29,034 bases of DNA from Octopus sinensis (lineage: Eukaryota): NCBI RefSeq assembly GCF_006345805.1, contig NW_021827498.1:1-29034 (forward strand), in the 5' to 3' direction. Each line of letters opens with the position of its first letter. The stretch's first letter is position 1. The notes under the pieces are model-generated. The model was given only the letters and a program-made list of their open reading frames with translations, made no database searches and was not told where the DNA came from. The position numbers and the translations under genes were made by a program. Of this stretch, positions 1-11,798 are shown piece by piece.

Positions 1-4
1 TTAT

Positions 5-114
5 TAATCACTACAATCCTTTCAACCCGTCTATCATCGATCCCTCACGGGTGGGATACTTAACATCTAGTTTAGGTGTATCAGTCGGTGTAGATGTGTC
101 TCTTCAGGTGATTA
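5..114 (-). ncRNA. Type I hammerhead ribozyme-like motif with branched stem II (partly decayed)
   Basis: Minus strand reads UAAUCAC-CUGAAGA-GAC...GUU-GAAA-GGAUUG-UA-GUGAUUA. A perfect 7-bp stem I flanks the core at the correct spacing. Stem II holds two hairpins (ACAUCUA/UAGAUGU, AUCCC/GGGAU). Confidence 0.65.
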
Positions 115-120
115 CAAGGT

Positions 121-212
121 ATATGTATGTTGTATGCATGTACGTATTATGTATGTATGTATGTATGTATGTATGTATGTATGTATGTATGTATGTATGT
201 TATGTATGTATG

Positions 213-245
<33 letters not shown>

Positions 246-260
246 TATATATATTATATA
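121..260. repeat. (TATG)n followed by (TA)n microsatellite
   Basis: Directly visible. Confidence 0.97.
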
Positions 261-750
261 TGCTACAGCAATGTAGACAGATAACTAATCTCGTTTTCCG
301 CCGAATTGTTAGTCCCTGATTCGGAAACAGGTTATCGCTACAAGCTACAACATGGAATTAATCGGTGATTCGTTAGTTTGTCATATTGAGCTTCCATTTT
401 CTGGTGGATTCATATTCTTGGGATAGGCCGTGACATACTTTTATGTCTTATCCGTTTAATTCTTTGCATATAATGGAGCAATTGGTCTAGCTATCTACAT
501 CCTTGTTATCTGGAAAAAGTGGAGAATTAACTGATAAATCACTTCACTTAATGAAACGTTTTCATTTTTAAATCCTTGAACCTGTTTCTTTCATGAAATG
601 AACGAATACCACCGCTGAAAAATTCGCGGCAATCTCGTTGTAATGTTAATCTCCTCTCCCCACTTTTATAATCACACGCGTATGCAAACACGTACACATA
701 CATATGCCAGACAGCCTCATACGCTCGCATAAACAAAAAAGAAACAGGAC

Positions 751-1250
751 AATCATCATCATTCATCATTGTTCGACCGTGGTCGAGACAATGGAATTTA
801 CTATGTTACGCCAGACTTCACGGTCCATCATAGCATTACGGAGGTCCTGTTGCTGGATGCCTGTATCCCTGGAGATTACATCAGGGTAGGAGAGTGTGCG
901 CCCTCTGGTATTGCGAGTAGATGGCTTCCATAGGAGAAGAGTAGAAATTACTTCTTTTTCAGCTCTACAACAATGTCCAGCAAACTGGACTCTCCTACCT
1001 TTCACAAGAGATGACACAGGTGGTAATTTCCCATATATTTGCATTTTGGTTGGATGGCGCTTCCACGAGAGATTTTGAGCTCTCATAAGGAGGCGAGTGT
1101 GGGTTCCATTCAACCGCCTCTCAAGCTTCTTTGATAACGTCCAGGTTTCTGAGCCATATAGTAGAATTGGTTCGACTGTGGCTTTGAATATTTCAAGTTT
1201 GAAGTCTCCACTTAGATTTGATGACCAGATCTTATGCATGTCATTACAGG
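751..1250 (-). mobile_element. 5'-truncated RTE-group LINE, 3' end of ORF plus (TGA)n tail
   Basis: Translation KATVEPILLYGSETWTL...RRVQFAGHC...DREVWR is the typical post-RT region. The stop at 766-768 is followed by a TGA-repeat tail. The upstream part of ORF 766..1371 is (GT)-type microsatellite. Confidence 0.88.
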
Positions 1251-1465
1251 ACAAACACACACACGCGGCGAACATACACACATACATACACACGTGCATA
1301 CATACACGCACAAACACAGCATATACGCACTTAATAACTTCATACGCATGCACGAACACATGCACCGACACAGATATATGCCTGGCTCACAGGTGTCCTT
1401 GCTACTCACGCCTAAGGTGGCCACTTCCATTCTTTTCAGCATACCGTCACTGTTCGATAGACATA

Positions 1466-1988
1466 CCATAAATCCTCGAGTATAGTCTGTCCTTGAGTAT
1501 AATACGCAGGAGATTTTTAGGGGGGCTGTACCTCTGAAAAACCTAGATATCGTGTATAATACGCACCACTTCTCTAACTTGAGTCGTGCGTAATTAAGCT
1601 ATCAGCACCTAGTCGAACAAACACTTCCGCACATGCTTTATACAATAATGGTGATGTTCTTAACTGTTATATGGGAATGTAAATATGTTTGCAACTTGTT
1701 TTTGTTACATGTTATTCTGTGATCTGAATAATTTTATTTTAATAAATGTTGCTTACTGCAAGTTATGGATGATTCTTTTATGACTTCATTGCTTTCAGGC
1801 TTAGCTTAAGGTATTTTCGCGCCCTACATCACAAAATGCGTCTGAATAAACATTACCGGACAGCAAAGAGAGACTCGGACATTGTTTAGAAAATTTTTTT
1901 TAATTTTTACCTCGTATATAGTAAGCACTAGGGATTTTGACCTTTAAATTTTGGGAAAAAAATGCGGATTTTCCTCGAGGATTTACGG
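1466..1988. mobile_element. Non-autonomous Tc1/mariner-superfamily (Tc2-like) MITE
   Basis: Imperfect TIRs CCATAAATCCTCGAG / CTCGAGGATTTACGG, flanked by TA at 1464-1465 and 1989-1990. Internal repeats of the GTATAATACGCA type. Confidence 0.8.
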
Positions 1989-1999
1989 TACGCGCGTTC

Positions 2000-2165
2000 T
2001 TCTCTTCCTCCATTTTGTTTATCTCTTTCTGTATTCTCTTAGAAGAAGAGCTTAGGTTCGAAACGTAGAAGTTTTCCTTCTTATTTTGACCATTTTCTGA
2101 GAGTAAACCTAATACATACTGTCTTTTTTTTCAAGGTTTTACCTCGTCTTCGTGTTATTTATATT
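2000..2165 (+). mobile_element. Diverged Penelope-like terminal repeat fragment
   Basis: GAAGAGCTTAGGTTCGAAACGT and downstream sequence resemble the reverse complement of 26624-26760, which is linked to a GIY-YIG ORF remnant. Confidence 0.65.
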
Positions 2166-2316
2166 CTTTGCATCTCTCTCTCTCTCTCTCTCACACCCCC
2201 CCACACACACACATACACGTACATGTATCTATGTATATTAATTTCGTGTTTTGCTTAGAAGCAATGTGCGGTATCAAGATGACACACAAATTGCTATTAA
2301 AATATATACATATATG

Positions 2317-2484
2317 CATAGCGTGGGTGTGTGATAAGAAGCTTGATCCCTAACCACATGGATCCGGGATCAGCCTCACTCCATGGCACCATGGGCGAGT
2401 GTCTTCAACTGTAGCCTCGAGTCGACCAAAGCCTTGTGAGTGGATCTGGTAGACGGAATCTGAAAGAAGCCAGTCGTGTATAAG

Positions 2485-2549
<65 letters not shown>

Positions 2550-2571
2550 CGTGTGTGCGTGTGTGTGTGTT

Positions 2572-2604
<33 letters not shown>

Positions 2605-2808
2605 GTGTCCCCCCACTAACGCTTAGCGACCAATGTTAGAGTGTTTACATCTCCGTAACTCAGCGTTTTGGCAATCGATAGTGATAGAATAAGTCCCAGG
2701 TTTGAAAAATAATAGCTTCTGGGGGTGTCGAACCAGTGGACTAAAAATGCTTCAAAGCAGTGCCCCAACATGGCCGCAATCTAAGGACTGAAACGATTAA
2801 AGAGTAAA
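2317..2808 (+). mobile_element. tRNA-derived SINE family B (internal TA/TG microsatellite)
   Basis: Diverged reverse complement of the copies at 20814-21228 and 28328-28812. Confidence 0.85.
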
Positions 2809-3009
2809 CTATAAAAAATGCGTGCATACAAACATCAATAATTACTTTTTATTTTTACCTGCAATACTGTTTGCTTGATTAGTGTTAAATTACTGCTAAA
2901 CAACAATTGAACACCTGTGTTCTACACTTCTGCCGTTATCAAAATGTTATCCTGAATAATATTTCATTGTTGCGGTTCCCCGCTTGAATCCGAAAATTAG
3001 TCTATAATG

Positions 3010-3228
3010 ATCCTTTCTACTATAGACACAAAGCCTGAAATTTGTTGGGTTGGGGGCTAGTCGATTATATCGACCCCAGTGCGCAACTTGGTATTTATTT
3101 TATCGACCTCGAAAGGATGAAAGGCAATGTCGGCTTTTGTGGAATTTGAACTCTGAACGTAATGCCAAAAGAAAAACTGTGAGGCATTTTCTCCGGGATT
3201 CTAACAAGTCTTTCAGCTCATTACCCTT
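3010..3228 (-). mobile_element. tRNA-derived SINE family A
   Basis: Carries the GACCCCAGTGCG...GAAAGGATGAAAGGCAA...GGAATTTGAACTC core that recurs more than ten times in the window. Confidence 0.85.
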
Positions 3229-3289
3229 AAATAAGTTTATAATAATGGTTTCAAATTTTTGCACAAGGCCAGCAGATTTTGGGAGGGCT

Positions 3290-3330
3290 TGTGTATCGTG
3301 ATTTCTGGGTTATTTCTCTTCATCAGCACA
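3290..3330 (-). ncRNA. Degenerate minimal hammerhead relic
   Basis: Minus strand UGUG-CUGAUGA-AGAGAAAUAACCCA-GAAA-UCACGA-UA-CACA. Core and 4-bp stem I are intact, stem II is disrupted. Confidence 0.4.
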
Positions 3331-3732
3331 GAATAATTGTTCGACTAGAGGTGGCGCTGCCAAATTCCTGTTCGAAATATATAGTTTTCAAAGTGACAAC
3401 TAGTCACTGATCTATAAAACAGAAAACACACGGATATTGTTTTGAGCTGAGTGGGGGTGCTAAATGCCCTTGTTCGAAAATATAAGGACACAGATCGTGT
3501 CGTATAGCCAGCTGGAGACGATATCTCCTGGGGCTAAATTACAGCAACATTCGTCCTAAACCAGGACTGCTATGTTATGTTGGCAAATAATCTTTACTCT
3601 AGACTGTTTCTGAATATCTCTCGTTCAGAAATTTATAAATAGTAATTTTCTAGATAATATGGGTTTCAAATTTATCAACTTCGACGACCTCGGTAGAATT
3701 TGAAATCAGAACGTAAATCCGGAAGAAAAACC

Positions 3733-3962
3733 TATTTCTTTACTACCCACAAGGGGCTAAACACAGAGGGGACAAACAAGGACAGACACACGGATTAAGT
3801 CGATTATATCGACCCCAGTGCGTAACTGGTACTTATTTAATCGACCACGAAAGGATGAAAGGCAAAGTCGACCTCGGCGGAATTTGAACTCAGAACGTAA
3901 CGGCAGACGAAATGCGGCTACGCATTTCGCCCGGCGTGCTAACGTTTCTGCCAGCTCGCCGC
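3733..3962 (-). mobile_element. Full-length long-tailed SINE A inserted into an older SINE A (host about 3660-4025)
   Basis: 14-bp direct repeat CCGGAAGAAAAACC at 3719-3732 and 3963-3976. Host sequence continues on both sides. Confidence 0.9.
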
Positions 3963-4240
3963 CCGGAAGAAAAACCGCTAAGCATTTTGTCCGGCATATT
4001 AATTATTCACCCAGCTCGCCTCCTTTTAATTAGTTTATAATAATGGAAATTTTTGTTGAGAAATTGGCACAACGGTATTTTATTGCAATTATGTCTATAA
4101 ATAGAAAAATGTCGAAAGGAAATACAAGAAAACAACAAAATGAAAGCTGAATGAAAACAAAGAAAACAGGATAATAAAAAAATCCGGTTGCGGTATTTAG
4201 AAACAGCAAATTTCTGTAATTCAATTAGTTTTCAGCTTCC

Positions 4241-4284
4241 TAGTAGTAGTAGTAGTAGTAGCAGCAGCAGCAGCAGTAGTAGTA

Positions 4285-4349
<65 letters not shown>

Positions 4350-4380
4350 AGTAGTAGTAGTAGTGGTAGTAGTAGTAGTG

Positions 4381-4447
<67 letters not shown>

Positions 4448-4473
4448 CAGTAGTAGTAGTAGTTGTTGTTGTT
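4241..4473. repeat. (TAG)n microsatellite with CAG/TGG variants and short (TTG)n
   Basis: Directly visible. Explains the poly-Ser and poly-Tyr ORFs. Confidence 0.97.
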
Positions 4474-4529
4474 GATCATGGTGGTGGCATTGTTAACTTG
4501 ATCCTTTCTGGTCATCGCTGATAGAGAAA

Positions 4530-4926
4530 TCTATTATATAAAATCCGTTCTGTGTGTGTGTGTGTGTGTGTCTTCTATGATCTCGGGCATCCTCCATCCG
4601 ATTGCGCTCAAATTTGATATGTAGATACCGACGGTATCAGGGCGTGTATAAGTCTTGAAAAAAAATTACGAAAATCGATTCCAGGTGAGAATGCGATCGA
4701 TAAAGCCGTGGGAACGTACATTTGTACGCGCAAGTACATCAGCTGTTGCGATCGATACTACGCGTACGCGAGAAAAATGCACGGTGCCTCAAATTTAGGT
4801 TAAATCAGTGTTTCTCAAAGGGGAGGCTTATGAGATGGTCGGACAAGTTGTTTTGAGAAAATTTGGTTTAAATGTTTGACAACTCAGCACCGTCCTTTGG
4901 ACCGGGGGGGGGGGGGCTTGTGCTCA
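4530..4926 (+). mobile_element. Non-autonomous Helitron-like element lacking a canonical 3' end
   Basis: Starts TCTATTATATAAAA then (TG)n, like the 5' ends at 19435 and 22301. It sits between A and T of a sequence whose uninterrupted inverted copy is at 5301-5357. No CTAG terminus. Confidence 0.65.
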
Positions 4927-5812
4927 TCTGATGATAAGAAACGTTCCACTGATGACCTGCTCGACTTTCTGACATAATATATCTAGTACCATATTACCTA
5001 ATGTATCTTTCGCTTGTGAAACCGGTAGGTGTAATTTGCCAGAGGTCTGTTTGCTATTTCTAGTACTTCAAACGAACACGTAGGTATTGCTGATGATGAA
5101 AGCAGTAGTGCGTCGAACAAAATGTTTTTGCAGTGTTTATCTATTTATTTTTCTCCTTTATGTTCTGAGTTCAAATCCCATCGAGATAAGCAATACTTGG
5201 CCTATTTAATCTATAATCCCTCCTTACAAATTTTTCAACAACAACAGAAATAAATATTTTTTGTGGTGTACTATTAATATATTTTGTTTACCTATTCTTG
5301 GGTCATCAGTGGAACGTTTCTTATCATAAGATTTCTCTATCAGCGATGACCAGAAAGAATTTTGCCCGACGCTCTAATAGTTCTACTAATCCACTGTTCT
5401 GTGACTTATATTAATTAATTATAAATGGAACGCAGTTGGTCATGGACTGGGTCAGCTGGATGTGTGCAGCCACGGGGCTAAACAACAACAGTAAATAAAA
5501 CCAAGATGTACCCTAAGTTTTCAAGAAATAGGAGCCGAATCTATCTGAAGAAACCAAACAAGAATTGTTGAACTCCTAATAAACGACTTCTAGAATATAC
5601 CGCTTCGTGGTCTTACTGGTCTTAGCCAGATCCCACCCAAATAGGAAGGAGTCATTGCATGAGGTATTTCTGCCTGGATACGATGTGGCATAAAAATAAA
5701 AAGTAAGAAAGACAGACAGGATGGTCAAGTCTAGAGCGGATTTAATCGGATGTCTGCTCAACCAGAGCTAACCTGTAGTTAATCATAGGCAATAACACTA
5801 ACAATTATAATA

Positions 5813-6210
5813 ATCTTTTCTACTCCAGGCACAAGGCCCAAAATTTTTGGGGAGGGGTCAAGTCGATTAGATCGATCCCAGTACGCAACTGGTACTTAAT
5901 TTATCGACCCCGAAAGGATGAAAGACAAAGTTGACCTCGGCGGAATTTGAAATCAGAACATAAAGACAGACGGAATACCTAATTCTTTACTACCCACAAG
6001 GAGCTAAACACAGAGAGGACAAACAAGGACAGACAAACGGATTAAGTCGATTAGATCGACTCCAGTGCTTAACTGGTACTTATTTAATCGACCCCGAAAG
6101 GATGAAAGGCAAAGTCGACCTCGGCGGAATTTGAACTCAGAACGTAACGGCAGACGAAATACGGCTACGCATTTCGCCCGGCGTGCTAACGGTTCTGCCA
6201 GCTCGCCGCC
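5813..6210 (-). mobile_element. SINE A dimer: long-tailed copy (5980-6210) joined to a 5'-lacking short-tailed copy
   Basis: Two tandem SINE A cores. Junction GACGGAATACC|TAATTCTTTACTACCCAC. Confidence 0.9.
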
Positions 6211-6834
6211 TTCCTAACAATTATAATAACAAAACGAGACTTTTCTATCCGATTTTCATTTCAACACAACTTGACCTCCTTTTTCAGAATGCGTCAAGTA
6301 TTTATCTCCATACGTCAGAAGTATTTATTTCATTGTGGCTGTTTGAGTGTGCGTGCGCGCGCGTGCTTACTTCTATTTTGAAATTATTAACAACTGGGTT
6401 TTCACACAAAAGTGTGTGAACGTGTAGAGGGGCGATGCGAAGAGTGGTTTTTACCGTTTTCATTTTTATTTCTATTTCGGGGAGAAATTTTTCGAACGGA
6501 ATTTTAAAACAAAACACAACACACACACACACACACACACAAAAAAGAAAGAAAGCAAGCACGAAAGAATGAAAGAGAATCCTGTTCAGTTTCGATTTAA
6601 AAGTAAACAAAAAATAATGCCAGACATTTTGGCGTCACGGATGTTGTCGATTTTATTGGATTCTAAGTAGTTGAATGATACATATTTCATGGACCTTGGA
6701 AAGAGGGAAGTCACAACTGACCTTGGTGAGATGTGAGCGCAATCCATTTGTAGACGTGACATAATGCAGCAACGCATCGCCTTGCCGCTTCTATCATACC
6801 ACGCCTTGAACGATATTAATTTGTTACATTTGGG

Positions 6835-7037
6835 CAGTGGTTTTCAACCTTAGGGTTCCGCCAGTACAGTCCAGGGGTTCCGCAAGAAGTTACAAAAATG
6901 CTAAAATCGACAGTAATTTCTAATTTTCCTGTGCACATATGTGTGCATAAAACTATTAAATTATAGCACAGGGGATCCTCGAGCCAGTGTAATGTTTCCT
7001 TGGGGTTCCGCTTCAGCAAAAAGTTTGAAAAGCACTG
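6835..7037. mobile_element. hAT-superfamily MITE (203 bp)
   Basis: TIRs CAGTGGTTTTCAACCT / AAGTTTGAAAAGCACTG. 8-bp TSD CATTTGGG / CATTAGGG (7/8 match). Three internal GGGTTCCGC motifs. Confidence 0.88.
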
Positions 7038-7064
7038 CATTAGGGCAACGACTTAAGTTTTGCA

Positions 7065-7432
7065 AAGGGATTACACAGTTATATCCATTACCGTAGCTGA
7101 GTGGTAATATATTTTATCATAAGGATGAAAAGCAAAGTTCGCCTCGATAGAATTTGAACACAGAACGTACAGAGCTGTAAACTAAATACCGAAAAATATT
7201 TTGTCCGACTCGCTAACGATTCTATCAATCTATTAACCTCCCGCTTTCAATAATGGTTTCTGATTTAGGCACAAAACCCCAGTACTTGTCCGGTACTTTG
7301 TTTTAGTGTATTCATCCGAAAGAATGAAAGACAAAGTCTATCCAGGAGGGGTTTTGAAATCAGAACGTAAAGAGCCGAGAGAGATAGAGCAAGGCATACT
7401 TTCCCGATGCTCTTACGATTCTGCCAGTTTGC
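7065..7432 (-). mobile_element. Two old, diverged SINE A copies
   Basis: AGGATGAAAAGCAAAGT...GAATTTGAACACAGAACGTA and GAAAGAATGAAAGACAAAGTC...TTTGAAATCAGAACGTA. Confidence 0.7.
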
Positions 7433-7569
7433 TTTCTTTATTTGTTTGTGATTTAAGTTCAAGGAAAGCAGTTTTAAAGGAAGACTAATTGTGGATACAA
7501 TCTTCCTCAGTACTTTTCAACGTGCTTAGAGATCGGTACTAGGTGCGACAGATCCGTGCCGTCCAGCAT

Positions 7570-8010
7570 CGTTGCAGACGCTGATGGAGGGTCTAAATCT
7601 CCAGGATGTCCAATCGCACCCAAAATGGGCCAAAAGAAAGCTACCCTTTAAAAGTCGGGCTGAGGTGGCGAACGTTTGCATCGCCTCCATCATATATTAC
7701 CGCCTGATTGTCGTACCCTTCTTCACCAAACTTGAGCGTTTACTTTTCCGTTTACTGTAGAAGGACGCGTTCCACTGGGCAAACGATTCATTTGCTGTCA
7801 ACACCCGCTGAATGGAGGACTGGGCATGGCGCGTCTGATGATGTGTTGAGACAGCGACATCTTCCGCATTTCCTAGATGGTGAGCAGATGTGGTCGCCGT
7901 TTTCAGAATCACTTTCCCACAGTTCGTCTCTTTGACAAAGCTGCAACCATGGTTCAAACGTAGACCGAGGCGGCTGGCAACTAAATTGCCGGTAGACGTT
8001 AACAGCCTGT
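7570..8010 (+). mobile_element. Tx1/L1-clade LINE ORF2 fragment (post-RT region), disrupted
   Basis: WAKRKLPFKSRAEVANVCIASIIYYRLIVVP...KLERLLFRLL, then frameshifted RVPLGKRFICCQHPLNGGLGM. Matches the W..R.LS..GR...GGLG pattern of this clade. Confidence 0.75.
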
Positions 8011-8037
8011 GACAGTCAGGTAATGCGGTTGTTATGT

Positions 8038-11000
8038 ATATCTGGCTTCCTATTCTCTATCTCAGGGTTGCACTGAATCATAAAATCTCATAGGGTCTTT
8101 GCATTATCATTTTCGATGATGCCTTCGGATTTATGTTCGTACCACTCTTTTGCTCTGTCAAGTCCATATTTGTTGCAAAGTGTCCAATGGACAATCCTTG
8201 CTACATTGTCATGACGTCTCTTATATTCTTTCTGGGCTAGAAGCGTACATTGAAGCTAGAAGCGTACATATGTCATACAGTTTCACCATTTTGTCCACAA
8301 ATTCTGCACTTATCACTTTCTGCTGTGTTGTCTATTCTGTATTTGATGTAATTCGTTCTAAGTGCCTGCTCATGGGCAGCACAGATTAGATCCTCTGTTT
8401 CCGGTTTTAAATCACTTTTAGTCATCCATAACCATCTTTTTTCTCTATCTGTCTTATCTTCAATATCCATATGAATTTGCCCATGCATTCTTTTCCTTAT
8501 CCGCCTATTTTCAGTTTCATTCATTGTCAAGTGCTTGTACAATGCTTTATCTTTGCAATCTTTCATCCTACACAAGCCTGACCTTCTTACTTCCAATAAT
8601 AGTGGTTCTGTAGCATTTTTTACATACCATGCTATGTTGTTTTCTTCTGCCCTAACGCTGTGTTCGCATCGAATCAGCCCTCTTCCCCCTCTTTTTCTTG
8701 GTGCATACAGTATGTCTGTGTCACCTTGTGGGTGGAGTACCCCATATCTAATCAGCAACTTCCTTGTCTTTCTGTCTTAGCTGTTTAGTTCGTCTACTGT
8801 CCATGCGATTACCCCCTGTTCCACATCTAAAGAGTGATACCGCCCAGGTGTTGATGGCTTCAATCTAATTCCGTCCGTTTAATTTCGACTTAAGGATCAA
8901 TCTCAGTCTGCGCAAGTACTGCACCTTAAATTTTTCTGTCATTTCTTTCTCCAATATCCCCAAGTACTTATAGCCCATTTCTTCTATCTGCTTCATAACC
9001 TCCCCCGATGGTATCGCTCGCCCGTCCATACATTTGATTTTATTTCTCTTCAAGACTAACACACCATACTTTTTCAGTCCGAACTCCATTCTGATATTAG
9101 CACTGAAAGTATACACCGTACCAACGAGGGAACTGACTTGGGATTCATCTTTACCATAAAGTTTGAGGTCGTCCATGAATAACAAGTGGTTGACTTTTTG
9201 TTGGTGGCTTTTGAATACACACTCAGCCTTTGCTTTCCTCAGAATCAGTGTTAGTGGTATCATGCACTGTACAAAGATTAAAGGGGACAAGCAGTCCCCT
9301 TGGAGGATGCCTCTCCTGATTTCTATTCTCCTTAAATTTCTTCCATATGCTGTCAGTTCCGTCTTCCACATCGCCATACTTTTTCCAAGTAACCGCTCAA
9401 CATTCAATGCAATACCAAATAGATTCATACATTCCATAATCCAAGAATGTGCGATCATACCGTACGCCTTGCGATAATCGAAGTAAGACATACTAAGTTA
9501 GTTTTCCTCCTCTTGTAACCCTTCTGCTTATGTGGCAGGATTCCATTTTTCCCAGATGTCCGTACATTAATTCTACGACTATTCCAGTCAATAATTTCCA
9601 CATAAGTGGCAAGCAGGATATCGGCCTGTAATTGTCTACCGTATTGCCTTTTTCGATGTCTTTCAAACACAGCACTATTCTACCCATTGTCAACCATTCT
9701 GGTGTTACTTGGTCGGCATATAACAAGGTGTTGAGTTGTGCAGCTATTCGTGCATGATATTCACCAAATCTTTTGATCCAGTAGCCTTGAACTCCATCAT
9801 GTCCCGAGGCCTTCCAGTTGCCCATTTTTTGCTGATTTCCTTCACTTCCCTAACTGAAATTACTAGTTCTGCCTGTTTTAGACAGACTACTGTTTGTTTC
9901 AGTTCTTGCAAGCATTCAGCATCCTTCTTGTACTGCTTGTTTTTGCTCCAGATGTCACTCCAAAACCTTTGACTTTCAATGTTATCTGGTATCAGCTTTT
10001 CATCTGTAAACTCTCCATTTATTTCTTTGTAGAATCTCTTCTGACCTACTCTGAACAACCTATTCTTCTGGTAACGCTTCATTATTTGGTATATCTTACC
10101 ATCTTTGCTTTCTTTGCAACGAGGCGCTGTTTCAGTTCCTCTTTTACCACTTTCAGACCCTTTCTTTCAATATTATACTCCTGTTCAGTGCCTTGTAATT
10201 TTGTTCGCTTTTAAGATTCCCCTTTTCTTTTCGGTCTAACACAAAAATGCCCTTCGATAGCATACCTAACCCCGCCTGTAATCTTCTTTTCTACCATGGA
10301 TCTTTTCTTTTGTCACTCCCATTATGTTTCTTTTTCTTGACATCAACACCCACATTTTCTGCTACAACAATATTTACTACCTTGATCAAATTATTTGTTT
10401 CTGTGGTGTTTTATGTTCTGTTGTATTTCAGAATTTCATTCACATTTTTCGTTTCTTCGTTCAATTTCCACCGATCAACCTTTTTAAGGTTGAAAATAAT
10501 GTGACTATCGTTCTCCTGTATCCCTTGCTTTTATTCTGTTGTAGATTGCCTTTTGCTCATCTGTCATGTCACCATTAGTTTTATTGTCTTCTTCCAAACC
10601 ACCTATATGTCTCTCATCAGCAAGATATCACTGTTCCTTTTCTGTGCTTTACAAGAGATTTCACCTCAGTTTTCTGCTATGAAATTACTTTTATCAGTAG
10701 GAACTATATTTTCATCGTTTCCTCTACTGCTGTTTTCCGATACCTGTCTTTTGATAGCTTCGAGCTCTACTTCTGTGAACCAACGATTTTTTTCTGATTG
10801 CTCTAGCTTGATCACATAATCTCTGTTCCGTGAGTTGAAACAATCCTTTTTCTCTCCATTGATCATACATACGTTGTCAGTATCCCCTAAGATGAACACC
10901 GTTTTCGTCTACGGAGTTGCTCAGGCAGTAACACTCCATGACCATAGCATTGATTTGTTTGTTCCAACTACGCCGTGTGTGCTGGTTCCTTGGTGGATAT

Positions 11001-11227
11001 CGACAGGCTGGAGTTGGACCAGTATCTCTGAGCCTGCCGGGTTTAACACTGTCACCATCAAGGACTTCAGTTTCATTACCACAGTTATTCACAATATTTT
11101 GTTTTTTCATTGTCATTCATATGAAGTAGCGATTGTCACGTTGCGCAATTATCAGTGTTTTTATTGTGACACCATCACTAGATGTATCAGCAATCAGAAC
11201 ATGGGGAGATTCCAACCGCTTCCTTTC
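8038..11227 (-). mobile_element. Near full-length, pseudogenised R4/Dong-clade non-LTR retrotransposon (single ORF: RT, zinc knuckle, restriction-like endonuclease)
   Basis: N-terminal WNKQINAMVMECY. RT motifs NYRPISCL, DYRKAY, GILQGDCLSPL, HLLFMDDLKLY, YKYLG. Then LYAPRKRGGRGL, CRICGQNGETV and ENRKPDI where it breaks off. Many frameshifts. (TAA)n abuts the 5' end. Confidence 0.92.
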
Positions 11228-11248
11228 ATTATTATTATTATTATTATT

Positions 11249-11478
11249 GGAGTGGGTGCGTGGTAAGTAGTTTGCTTACCAACCACATTGTTCCAGGTTC
11301 AGTGACACCTTGGCCAAGTGTCTTCTACTATACCCTCGGAAACTGAAAGCCCGTCGTATATATATGTTTGTGTGTGTGTCTGTGTTTGTGTGTGTATGTG
11401 TTTGTACCCCACCATCGCTTGACAACTGATGTTGGTGTGTTTACATCCCCGTAACTTAGCGGTTCGGCAAAAGAACCA
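11249..11478 (+). mobile_element. SINE family B, internally deleted and 3'-truncated
   Basis: Head GTGGTAAGTAGTTTGCTTACCAACCAC...GGTTCAG matches the other B copies. Confidence 0.82.
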
Positions 11479-11480
11479 AG

Positions 11481-11798
11481 TCACCTTGTTTGTTGTTTAC
11501 ACACCAGTCTTCGTTTTTTGTTTTTTGGGGAAATTCTTACTATATATTACACGCTCACGTGTCGCACCAATTTCATCCTGTCTCCACCTCATAACACTTC
11601 AACACTTCGGCTGCACCTCTCCTACTCATGGATTACAGTGGACTCTTCCGTTGATGAGAAATCGCTCCAATATACCACGACGTTTGAACCTTTTGAACTT
11701 TTTCTAAACTTTTTTGTACTTTCTGCTTTTTCCTATTGTCGTTCTTCCTGTTTTTATTTCTGTTTTCTTTTCTGTTTTCTTTTCTGTCGAAGAGCGTA
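11481..11798 (+). mobile_element. Penelope-like fragment
   Basis: Begins with the terminal motif TTGTTTGTTGTTTACACACCAGTCTTCG and ends in TTTCTGTCGAAGAGCGTA. Both are homologous to the reverse complement of 26624-26760. Confidence 0.65.

Noticed and set aside
3-118. Open frame INHYNPFNPSIIDPSRVGYLTSSLG...VIT ending at AG|GTAT, faintly like the Cu/Zn-SOD HFNP...VGDL motif
   Set aside because: Similarity is weak, no partner exon was found, and the same bases form a well-spaced hammerhead on the minus strand. Not fully excluded without RNA-seq.
525-566. AATTAA-CTGATAA-ATCA...TAAT-GAAACGTT-TTCATT, possible hammerhead relic
   Set aside because: G8 is missing and both stems are mismatched and AT-only, so it cannot be told from chance.
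2859-2951. Minus-strand segment bounded by acceptor-like and donor-like sites
   Set aside because: Stop codons in all three frames.
4928-4945. CTGATGA-TAA-GAAACGTT, hammerhead-like core
   Set aside because: No stem II or stem I, and the inverted copy at 5301-5357 has CTTATGA. Coincidental.
8865-9491. 208-aa RT ORF as an active or domesticated gene
   Set aside because: It is one segment of a frameshifted Dong element with disrupted neighbouring frames.
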